Below the pieces are notes generated by a model. That model had not been told where the DNA came from. It did not search any database and saw nothing but the letters and a program-made list of their open reading frames with translations. The position numbers and the translations under genes are program-made. Positions 1 through 7,589 of a stretch of DNA of 34,004 nucleotides are shown here, piece by piece (the stretch's first letter is position 1; each line of letters begins with the position of its first letter). Source of the DNA: Acidimicrobiia bacterium (GTDB taxonomy: Bacteria; Actinomycetota; Acidimicrobiia; IMCC26256; JACDBD01); contig DATFPZ010000150.1 in assembly GCA_035264545.1 (NCBI GenBank), positions 1-34,004 on the forward strand, given 5' to 3'.

Positions 1-147
1 CTCGGGGACGACGCCCTCCGGGAGAGGCTCGGCGCCGCGGCGCGCAAACGCGCGGTCGAAGAGCTGACGTACGACCGGCAGGCGGTGCGGCTGCTGCCTG
101 TCACGCGCGGGGACTTCAGTGCGTTGTCGCCACTTCGAGACGTGTAG
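1..147 (+). CDS. C-terminal end of a glycosyltransferase-like protein (partial; gene starts left of the window)
   Basis: Frame 1 is open from base 1 to TAG 145-147. The tail LGDDALRERLGAAARKRAVEELTYDRQAVRLL resembles the last helix of GT-B/GT4-type glycosyltransferases. Only 48 codons are visible, so the family call is weak. Confidence 0.35.
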   Translation, partial: LGDDALRERLGAAARKRAVEELTYDRQAVRLLPVTRGDFSALSPLRDV

Positions 148-171
148 GGGCGGCCGGTACGCTCGTCGCCG

Positions 172-672
172 ATGTCGGCGATGTCAGGCGCGGCGGCGCG
201 CGACCCGGAGCGCGGCGAGCGGATCATCATCGTCTCGTGGGTCGCGAACGCGTTGTTCGCCGTCACGGCGATCCCTGCCGCCCTCGGCGTGAGCGCGTTC
301 GACGTCGCCGCGATCGCGGTCGCGCTCGGACTGTTCGCGATCTCGCTCGGCGTCTGGTGCTGGGCGTTCGCGGTCGCGCTCGCCCGGACGACGCGGGGGG
401 ACGACGTCGTCGTCGCCAGCATGTTCCTGGTGCAGGGACCGGCGCCGAAACGGGTTCGCGTGCACCTCTTCGGCTCGCTCGCCGCGTGCATTGCGCTGAC
501 CGCCGCCACCGCCGCCGCCGAGCCGTTCGGGATCCTGGTCCCTATGCTGCCCCTCGGGCTGCTCGGGCTGTGGGGCGCGCGCCACGGGGTCTTCCCACCC
601 CGCCGCATGCCCGACGCCGCCAAGGGAGGCGTCACGCGAGAGAGGAGGTCGAGTGGCCGAGCAGGTGAGTGA
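172..672 (+). CDS. small integral membrane protein, function unknown
   Basis: ATG 172, GC3-rich codons, 166 aa. About four hydrophobic helices (IIIVSWVANALFAVTAIPAALGV, IAVALGLFAISLGVWCWAFAVALA, LFGSLAACIALTAATAAA, ILVPMLPLGLLGLWGA). The 3' end overlaps the next gene by 20 nt. Confidence 0.55.
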   Translation: MSAMSGAAARDPERGERIIIVSWVANALFAVTAIPAALGVSAFDVAAIAVALGLFAISLGVWCWAFAVALARTTRGDDVVVASMFLVQGPAPKRVRVHLFGSLAACIALTAATAAAEPFGILVPMLPLGLLGLWGARHGVFPPRRMPDAAKGGVTRERRSSGRAGE

Positions 673-1090
673 GCGCATCCGCATCGACGCGCCGCCGCAG
701 CGCTGCTACGAGGTGGCCATCGACTACGAGCGGTATCCCGAGTGGGCGAAGGACGTGAAGCAGGCGACCGTCCTCGAGCGGGACGCCGACGGCCGGGGCG
801 CCAAGGTCGAGTACCGGGCCGCAGCGTTCGGCCGGAGCGCCCGGTACGTCCTCCAGTACGACTACGCGGCGGCTCCCGCCGCGTTCAGCTGGACGCTCGT
901 CGAGGGCGAGATGGTGCGCGCCATCGACGGGACCTACCGCTTCGACGCCGACGGCGACGGCACCCGGGTCAGCTACGACCTCGCCATCGACCCGTCGATC
1001 CCCTTGCCGGGCTTCTTGAAGCGGCGCACGGCGGGCATGATCGTGAGCACCGCGCTCAAGGAGCTGAAGAAGGAAGTCGAGTCGGCCTAG
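653..1090 (+). CDS. SRPBCC-superfamily protein (polyketide cyclase/dehydrase-like, START fold)
   Basis: GTG 653 lies 4 nt after AGGAGG (643-648). 145 aa. RIRIDAPPQRCYEVAIDYERYPEWAKDV followed by a beta-rich core and a C-terminal helix is the usual cyclase/dehydrase pattern. It sits directly upstream of an ArsA-like ATPase, as in many actinobacteria. Confidence 0.75.
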   Translation: MAEQVSERIRIDAPPQRCYEVAIDYERYPEWAKDVKQATVLERDADGRGAKVEYRAAAFGRSARYVLQYDYAAAPAAFSWTLVEGEMVRAIDGTYRFDADGDGTRVSYDLAIDPSIPLPGFLKRRTAGMIVSTALKELKKEVESA

Positions 1091-2289
1091 TGCGCATCCT
1101 GTTGTTCACCGGCAAGGGGGGCGTCGGCAAGTCGACCGTCGCCGCCGCCACCGCGCTCCGGACCGCCGAGGCGGGTCAACGGACGCTCGTCTGCTCGACC
1201 GATCCTGCGCACTCGCTCGGCGACGCGTTCGACGACCCGTCGCTCGGCGACGAGCCGCGGCCGATCGCCACGCTCGGTCGGGGGTTGCTGCTCGGCCAGC
1301 AGCTCGACGCACGCGCCCGGCTCGAGGAGTCCTGGGGCGAGGTGCGCGAATACCTGACGGCGCTGCTCGACTGGGCCGGTGCGGGCACGGTCGAGGCCGA
1401 AGAGCTCGCCGTGATCCCGGGCCTCGACGAGGTGTTCGCGCTGGCCGACATCCGTGCGCACGCCGAGTCCGGCGACTACGACGTGATCGTCGTCGACTGC
1501 GCTCCCACGTCGGACACATTGCGGCTGCTGTCGCTGCCCGACGTGCTCACCTGGTACATGGAGCGCGTCTTCCCCGCGCAGCGTCACGTGACCCGCGCCG
1601 TGCGGCCGCTCCTGTCCCGTCTCGTGAGCCCGCCGATCGCGGGTGACGACGTGTTCAGCGCCGTGCGGCGGTTCTACGACCGGCTCGACGGGGTGCGCGA
1701 CCTGCTGACCGACGGCGCAGTGACCAGCGCCCGGCTCGTCGTCAACGCGGAGCGGCTCGTCGTCACCGAGGCGCGCCGGACGTTCACGTACCTGTCGCTG
1801 TTCGGGTACCACGTCGACGCAGTCATCGCGAACCGCCTGCTTCCCGACGCCATCGCCGACCCGTGGTTCGCGTCGTGGAAGGACGTGCAGCGCGAGCATC
1901 TCGACTCGATCCGGGCGTCGTTCGCGCCCGTGCCGGTGCTGACCGCCGACCTCGCCGACCACGAGCTCGTCGGCGTCGACCACCTGTCGGACTTCGGCGC
2001 CGAGCTGTACGGACTGCACGATCCCGCCGCCCGCCTGTCGGTCGTCGAGCCGTTCCGGGTCGTCGCCGAGGGCGACGCGCTCGTGCTGTCGATGCAGCTG
2101 CCGTTCACCGACCGCACCGACGTCGAGCTGGGGCGTCGGAACGGTGAGCTGCTCGTCGCGGTGGGCGCGCACCGGCGCGCGGTGGTGTTGCCCGAGAGCC
2201 TGCAGCGGCGCGAGGTCTCCGAGGCCCGCATGACAGATGGTCGTCTGGAAGTCGAGTTCGTGGAGGTGGCCAATGGCGACGTCGGGTGA
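1090..2289 (+). CDS. ArsA/Get3-family ATPase with HSP20-like C-terminal tail (not a bona fide arsenite pump subunit)
   Basis: GTG 1090 shares its G with the TAG of the previous gene (TAGTG). It has the P-loop LLFTGKGGVGKST, the switch motif STDPAHSLGDAF and a deviant signature VVDCAPTSDTLRLL. The ORF-track start at 742 would run out of frame through the SRPBCC gene and is rejected. Confidence 0.85.
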   Translation: MRILLFTGKGGVGKSTVAAATALRTAEAGQRTLVCSTDPAHSLGDAFDDPSLGDEPRPIATLGRGLLLGQQLDARARLEESWGEVREYLTALLDWAGAGTVEAEELAVIPGLDEVFALADIRAHAESGDYDVIVVDCAPTSDTLRLLSLPDVLTWYMERVFPAQRHVTRAVRPLLSRLVSPPIAGDDVFSAVRRFYDRLDGVRDLLTDGAVTSARLVVNAERLVVTEARRTFTYLSLFGYHVDAVIANRLLPDAIADPWFASWKDVQREHLDSIRASFAPVPVLTADLADHELVGVDHLSDFGAELYGLHDPAARLSVVEPFRVVAEGDALVLSMQLPFTDRTDVELGRRNGELLVAVGAHRRAVVLPESLQRREVSEARMTDGRLEVEFVEVANGDVG

Positions 2290-2605
2290 TCGGTATGCGG
2301 ACCGGGAGACGTCTCGCCCCGAGGAGGCGGCCGGCGACGCCGGCGACGGCCGACCGGCCGCGGAACATCCCCCGCTGGGCGCGTCGGCCGAAGCCGCCGT
2401 GGCCGCGCTGTTCGACGCCGGCCCCGAGGCGGTCGAGCACCTGCTGAAGGCGGCCCAGGAGCTGCTGCTGGCGGCGAAGGCGGTCGTCGACGCAGGGGAG
2501 CGCGCCGTCGAGGCGCACCGGTCGGCGTCCGACGCGACCGGACCCGTGCCCGGCCACGACGCGCCGGCCGGAGGCGGACGCGTCCGCCGCATCGACCTCG
2601 CGTGA
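2273..2605 (+). CDS. small Ala/Glu-rich hypothetical protein (position matches a DUF5304-like actinobacterial gene, from memory)
   Basis: ATG 2273 (MATSGDRYADRE...), 110 aa, GC3-rich codons. No motif I can name. It overlaps the ArsA-like gene by 17 nt, and its TGA is embedded in the next gene's GTG (GTGA, 2602-2605). Confidence 0.5.
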   Translation: MATSGDRYADRETSRPEEAAGDAGDGRPAAEHPPLGASAEAAVAALFDAGPEAVEHLLKAAQELLLAAKAVVDAGERAVEAHRSASDATGPVPGHDAPAGGGRVRRIDLA

Positions 2606-3594
2606 CCGACGCGGCGGAGGATCCGGCTCCGCCCACGATCGGCGTGGACCTCGGCGCGACGAACGTCCGCGGCGCCGTCGTCGACCGGAGCGGCACCATC
2701 CTCGCCGAGCTGCGCGATCACACGGGCGAGGACGGCGCCGACGTCGTCCCCACGACCGTCTCGCTCGTGGAGAGGCTCCGCGGCGACTTCCCGGCGGTCA
2801 CCGCGGTCGGCGTCGGAGCCGCCGGGCTGGTCGACCGCGAGGGCGACGTGCAGTACGCGCCGAACATCCCGACGTTCCGGCGAACGCCGCTGAGGGAATC
2901 GCTCGGGACGGCCATCGGACTCCCGGTCGTCGTCGACAACGACGCCAATGCGGCGGCGTGGGGCGAGATCGTGCACGGTGCGGCGCGCGGCGCCCTCTAC
3001 GCGCTGATGGTCACGCTCGGCTCAGGGATCGGAGGCGGCATCATCGCCCGCGGTCGGGTCATCCGCGGCGCGCACGGCTTTGCGGCCGAGGTCGGGCATT
3101 TCCAGATCGATCCGAACGGACCGATGTGCGCGTGCGGCGAACGGGGGCATTGGGAGGCATTCGCGTCGGGACACGCGTTGGGGCGGATGGGCCGCGAATG
3201 GGCCGCCGCCGGTCGGGCTCCGCAAGTTCTCGCGCGAGCGGGCGGTGATCCCGACGCCGTGACGGGCGTCCACGTGGGCGACTCCGCGCAGGCCGGCGAA
3301 GCCGACGGCCGCGCTCTCCTCGACGAGTACGCGGAGCTCGTGGCGGTGGGGCTCGCGGGCCTCGCCAACATTCTCGACCCGGAGCGCATCGTCATCTCGG
3401 GGGGTCTCGTCGAGCTCGGGGACACCTTGCTCAATCCGGTCCGGGATGCGTTCTCGCGCCGCATCGAGGGCGCCGACTACAGGCCCCGGATCGACATCGT
3501 GCCCGCCGCGCTCGGCGAGCAGGCGGGAGTGATCGGCGCGGCCGCGCGCGCACGCGATCTGGAGCCGGGCGAGTCGGGCGTCTGGACGAAGTGA
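2602..3594 (+). CDS. glk: ROK-family glucokinase
   Basis: Contains the N-terminal sugar-kinase motif IGVDLGATNVRGAVVD, then VVVDNDANAAAWGE, and the ROK zinc motif CACGERGHWEAFASG. 330 aa. Confidence 0.85.
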   Translation: MTDAAEDPAPPTIGVDLGATNVRGAVVDRSGTILAELRDHTGEDGADVVPTTVSLVERLRGDFPAVTAVGVGAAGLVDREGDVQYAPNIPTFRRTPLRESLGTAIGLPVVVDNDANAAAWGEIVHGAARGALYALMVTLGSGIGGGIIARGRVIRGAHGFAAEVGHFQIDPNGPMCACGERGHWEAFASGHALGRMGREWAAAGRAPQVLARAGGDPDAVTGVHVGDSAQAGEADGRALLDEYAELVAVGLAGLANILDPERIVISGGLVELGDTLLNPVRDAFSRRIEGADYRPRIDIVPAALGEQAGVIGAAARARDLEPGESGVWTK

Positions 3595-4397
3595 AGCTCG
3601 GCGTCACGCTCCCGAACTTCCGCGAGGAGCCGGGGCCGGCGCTGGCGGTCGCACACGCCGCCGAGGCGGCGGGTCTGGACGGCGTGTTCGGCTTCGACCA
3701 CCTGTTCCGGCGCGCCGGCGACGGTGCTCTGCGGCCTGCCCTCGAGGGCCTGACCCTGCTCGGCGCGGTCGCAGCTGAGACGACGCGCATCTCGTTGGGC
3801 CCACTCGTCGCGCGGGCGTCACTCCGGCCGGCCGCGACGCTCGCCACCGCCCTCGACACACTCGCCCGCATCGCTCCGGACCGGCTGATCGCGGCGCTGG
3901 GCGCCGGCGACAGCCAGAGCCGCGAGGAGAACGAGACGTACGGCCTGCCCGCCGGCACCCTCGCCACGCGCGCCGCCGCGCTCGACGCTGCAGTCGCGGC
4001 AACCGTCGACCACGGGTACCCGGTGTGGGTCGGCGGCGCGTCGTCGATGGTGGGGCAGGTCGCGGCCGAGGCTGACGGCTGGAACCGATGGGGTGGCCCG
4101 CTGGCTCGGTTCGAGCGCGAGGCGCGCGCGATGCGGGAGATGCGCACCCGCCGGCCGTTCACCATGTCGTGGGCGGGAATGTTCGTTCTCGACACGAACG
4201 ACCGCGCCGCCCGGGCGAAGGCGCAACGGCTCGGCAGCAACCCCGAGGCGACCGTCGGCGGTCCGGAGCAGGTGGCGGATGCGCTCCGCGGCTACGGCGC
4301 CGCCGGTGCCGAATGGGTGATCGTGGGAGCGGTGGACTCCTCCGACCCCGACAACGCCGCCCTCCTCGGCGAGCTGGTGAAGCCGCTGCTCACGTGA
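3591..4397 (+). CDS. luciferase-like (LLM class) oxidoreductase, probably F420-dependent
   Basis: GTG 3591 is in a GTGA overlap with the glk stop. MKLGVTLPNF...AAEAAGLDGVFGFDHLF...LGAGDS is the TIM-barrel LLM pattern common in actinobacteria. The cofactor assignment is inference. Confidence 0.65.
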   Translation: MKLGVTLPNFREEPGPALAVAHAAEAAGLDGVFGFDHLFRRAGDGALRPALEGLTLLGAVAAETTRISLGPLVARASLRPAATLATALDTLARIAPDRLIAALGAGDSQSREENETYGLPAGTLATRAAALDAAVAATVDHGYPVWVGGASSMVGQVAAEADGWNRWGGPLARFEREARAMREMRTRRPFTMSWAGMFVLDTNDRAARAKAQRLGSNPEATVGGPEQVADALRGYGAAGAEWVIVGAVDSSDPDNAALLGELVKPLLT

Positions 4398-4461
4398 TGC
4401 GTGCCTGAACCGGAATTGCTCCGGGGTGAGGAGAAATCGAGCTTCGCCGTGTGCTTGTCCA

Positions 4462-6000
4462 TCAGCGCGGCCGGTCGTCGGGCACGATCGGGAGATCGCG
4501 GACGTCCGTGTGCTCGAGCCACGGCGTGAACGACGGCAGCGAATAGCGCTCGCGGACGACCTCGTCGAGCAGGTCGGACGGCTCGAACGACTCGTGCTTC
4601 TGCTCGTCCGGGCCGACCTCGGCCGCGCGCTGCGCTTCGTCGCAGCGGGCGGTGACGGCGGCGATCTCCACCGGCGTCGGGAAGTCGACCTCCGGCTCCG
4701 GGTCGTCGAACCGCAGGGACGCGCCGATGTTGTTCGCGTAGCGGTCCCGCTTGGTCAGGAACCAGCTGTCGCCGCGCTTGCCCGGGCCCTGGGCAGGGGC
4801 GCCGAGGAACCGCCACTCGAGGAAGCGCAGGACGGACGTGTGATCGTAGAGGCCGTGGTCCACGTACCCGCGGCGCGCGTAGGGCGAGGCAAGGAGTGAC
4901 GGCACGCGGAACCCGAGCTGCCCGAAGTTATCGATGTCGGCGCTGGCAGCGCGTGCGTCCGGCACGGTCGGCGGCCGCACGTGGTCGAAGAAGCCACCCC
5001 ACTCGTCGTACATGAGGATGAACATGCCGCGCTGCCACTGCGGCGACCGAGTGAAGGCGACGTAGATCGCTTCGATGAACCGCTGGCCGAGGCCGATGTC
5101 GCCGCGAGGGTGATCGTCGGTACGGAACGGCCCGCCGACCCACGGCGTGACGAACGTGACGTTGGGGAGGGTGCCGGCGTCCGCGTCCTCGAAGAACTGA
5201 TCGACCGTTCTCACGAACGGGAACATGCGCGAGCCCCAACACAGAGCGATCGGGAGGTTCGTGAAGTACTCGGCGGCGGGTACCCCGCCGCGTGCGAGGT
5301 GCTCGAAGATGGTCGGGGAGCTGTACTGGCCGAGGTCGAGTGGATGCAGGCTTCCCTTCAACCCCTCTGACGTCGCCGAGTACAGGTACTGCCGGTTCGG
5401 GAACGTGGGTCCGAGCAGCGACGCGTGGTGGCGGTCCATCACGGTGAACGTGCGGGCGATGTGCGCGTGCACCGGGATGTCCGCGGGGAGGTAGTAGCTG
5501 GCTGCGAAGTTGTCGTTCTCCGTGCCCTCGGCGAGGAACCCGAAGTTGCGTTGCACGCGGCCGGCGATCCAGCTGTGGCCGGGATCCTTGTGGTTGCAGC
5601 CCCGGTACGGGCTCGGGTCGTCCCCGAGCGCCAGCGCGTGCCGGGTGGGGACGCGCACGTCGAACGGGTTGACGTAGGTCTCGTCGAGGCGGGCGTTGAC
5701 GCGGAAGCTCTTCCCGTACCGGCGGCGGCCCTCCTCGAGATACTGCTCGTCGCTCGACAGCCACCCGAGGTAGTGGTCGAACGACCGGTTCTCCATCGTG
5801 AGCACGACGACCGTGTCGATCGGCGACTCCGTGGCCGCGTGCCCGAGCATGCTGTCCGGCGGGAGCGGAAGCCGCGGAACCTTCGTGGCGCTCGCCGACG
5901 AGCCGCCGCTGCACGCCAGGAGCCCGGGGCCGCCGATCATCGCCGCCCCGCCCGCGAACCCTGCGGCGCGCAGGAACTGGCGGCGGTTCATCGAGCGCAT
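4462..6000 (-). CDS. Tat-signal lipoprotein, phosphoesterase family (phospholipase C / AcpA acid phosphatase type), copy 1
   Basis: Twin-arginine motif MNRRQFLR and lipobox LLAC (Cys codon 5913-5911). Family signature VVVLTMENRSFDHYLG, plus FTVMDRHHASLLGPTFPNRQYLYSA, NFGQLGFRVP and YDHTSVLRFLEWRF. The start is ATG 6000 or, by analogy with the paralogs, ATG 5991. Confidence 0.85.
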   Translation of the reverse strand: MRSMNRRQFLRAAGFAGGAAMIGGPGLLACSGGSSASATKVPRLPLPPDSMLGHAATESPIDTVVVLTMENRSFDHYLGWLSSDEQYLEEGRRRYGKSFRVNARLDETYVNPFDVRVPTRHALALGDDPSPYRGCNHKDPGHSWIAGRVQRNFGFLAEGTENDNFAASYYLPADIPVHAHIARTFTVMDRHHASLLGPTFPNRQYLYSATSEGLKGSLHPLDLGQYSSPTIFEHLARGGVPAAEYFTNLPIALCWGSRMFPFVRTVDQFFEDADAGTLPNVTFVTPWVGGPFRTDDHPRGDIGLGQRFIEAIYVAFTRSPQWQRGMFILMYDEWGGFFDHVRPPTVPDARAASADIDNFGQLGFRVPSLLASPYARRGYVDHGLYDHTSVLRFLEWRFLGAPAQGPGKRGDSWFLTKRDRYANNIGASLRFDDPEPEVDFPTPVEIAAVTARCDEAQRAAEVGPDEQKHESFEPSDLLDEVVRERYSLPSFTPWLEHTDVRDLPIVPDDRPR

Positions 6001-6033
6001 CGGGCGGGACTGTATTCAACCGCCCAAGGACGG

Positions 6034-7570
6034 CTAACGCGGGCGGTCATCGAGCGCCGGGCGCGCGTCGCGGATGTTGGTGTACTCGAGCCAGGGCGTG
6101 AACGTGGGGCCGTCCGGGTCGGCCTGGGCCGCGAGCGCCTCGAGCTGGTCCGAGACCTCGAAGGGGTCGGGACCGTTCCCGACCCGCCCTGTACCCGGGT
6201 CGCCCTCGCACCTGGCGGTCACGGCCGGGATGGCTCCGAGGGGCGTATCGAGGTCGACTTCGGGATCCGGGTCGCCGGCGCGCAGGCTCGCGCCGTAGTT
6301 GTTCGCGTACCGGTCGCGTATGGTGAGGAACCAGTTGTCGCCGTCGCCGCCCGGGCCCTCCGGTGGCGCGCCCAGGAATCTCCACTCGAGGAAGCGCAGG
6401 ATCGACGTGTGGTCGTACAGGGTGTGGTCGACGTAGTTCGGTGGCGCGTACGGCGAAGCGAGCACGGCGGGGACACGGAACCCGAGCTGCCCGAAGTTCT
6501 CCTTGTCGTTGGAGCTGGCGCGGTCGTCGGGCACGACCGGCGGGTCCACGTGGTCGAAGAACCCGCCCCATTCGTCGTACATGAGGATGAACGCGCCGTG
6601 CTGCCACTGTGGCGACCGAACGAACGTCGCGAAGACAGCTTGGATGAAACGCTGGCCGAGAGCGATGTCGCCGTGCGGGTGGTCGTCGGTCCGGAAGGGG
6701 CGTCGCCATCCCGGGCGTCACGAACGACACGGAGGGCAACGTGCCGCTTGCCGCGTCGTCGAAGAACTGGTCCATCGACCGGATGTAGGTCTGCATCCGC
6801 GCTCCCCACAGGAGGGCAGGAGGGATGTTGACGAAGTACTCGCGGGCCGTCACACCACCGCGCGCCAGGTGGTCGAAGATCGTCGGCGAGCTGTACTGCC
6901 CGACGTCGAGTGGGTGGATCGACGACTTCTGGCCCTCCGACTGCGCCGAGTAGAGGTACTGGCGGTTCGGCCACGTCGGGCCGAGCAGCGAGGCGTGGTG
7001 ACGATCCATCACTGTGAACCGGCGCGCCATGCTCGCCTGCACCGGTAGGTCCTCCCACAGGTAGTAGCCGACTGCGAACTGGTCGTTCCCGGTGCCGGCG
7101 CCGAGGAAGCCGGCGTCGCGCTGTCGTCGCCCCGCGTCCCAGCTGTGTCCCGGATCCGTGTGCAGGCAGCCGCGGAACGGGCTGGGCTCGGTGGCCAGCT
7201 TGCGAAGGTGGGTGGTCGGGACCTTGGTTCCGGCGACGTCGCGGTAGTGCAGATCGATCTTGCCGTCGAGCGCAAAGTCCTGCCCGTAGCGGCGGCGACC
7301 CTCGGCGACGTACACGTGGTCGCGGGCGAGATGGCCGAAGTAGTGGTCGAAGGACCGGTTCTCCATCATGAGCACGACGACGGTGTCGACCGGGCACTCG
7401 GAGGCGGGAGCGTTCAACACGCTGTCTGGTGGCGGCCGGAGGCGGGGCACGGTCGCGGCAGCCGACCCGCGCCTCGCCGCGCTGTCGCTGCATGCGAGGA
7501 GCGCGGGGGAGCCGATCATCGCGGTCCCGCCGACGAGCCCGGCGGTGCGCAGGAATTGACGGCGGTTCAT
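6034..7570 (-). pseudogene. phosphoesterase family paralog, copy 2, disrupted by a 1-nt insertion (frameshift at 6697-6700)
   Basis: The N-terminal 290 codons (ATG 7570) read ...SFVTPGMATP, then turn into Arg/Pro-rich nonsense. The conserved continuation FRTDDHPHGDIALGQRF...DDRPR is in the +1 frame down to TAG 6034-6036. The switch point is a CCCC run on the coding strand (GGGG 6697-6700). Copy 3 has CCG TTC at the same place. Confidence 0.8.
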
Positions 7571-7589
7571 CGACGCCGAACGGGAATGC

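Noticed and set aside
742-1089. N-terminal extension of the ArsA-like ORF given by the ORF track (start 742). The same applies to the extended starts at 24074 (oxidoreductase), 21602 (PIG-L), 10694 (P450), 15149 (TetR) and 10023 (thioesterase).
   Set aside because: The extensions overlap upstream genes out of frame and are Arg/Pro-rich. Internal starts coincide with stop/start overlaps, Shine-Dalgarno sequences or the usual family N-termini.
1087-2976. A 629-aa minus-strand ORF antisense to the ArsA-like, small-protein and glk genes.
   Set aside because: Its composition is Arg/Pro/Gly/Asp-rich with no motifs. It is the mirror frame of well-supported plus-strand genes. Long shadow ORFs are expected in DNA this GC-rich because stop codons are rare.
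4398-4461. A terminator between the convergent LLM gene and phosphoesterase copy 1 (CCGGA-ATTGC-TCCGG, 4410-4424).
   Set aside because: It is only a 5-bp stem without a U-tract, too weak to call as a feature.
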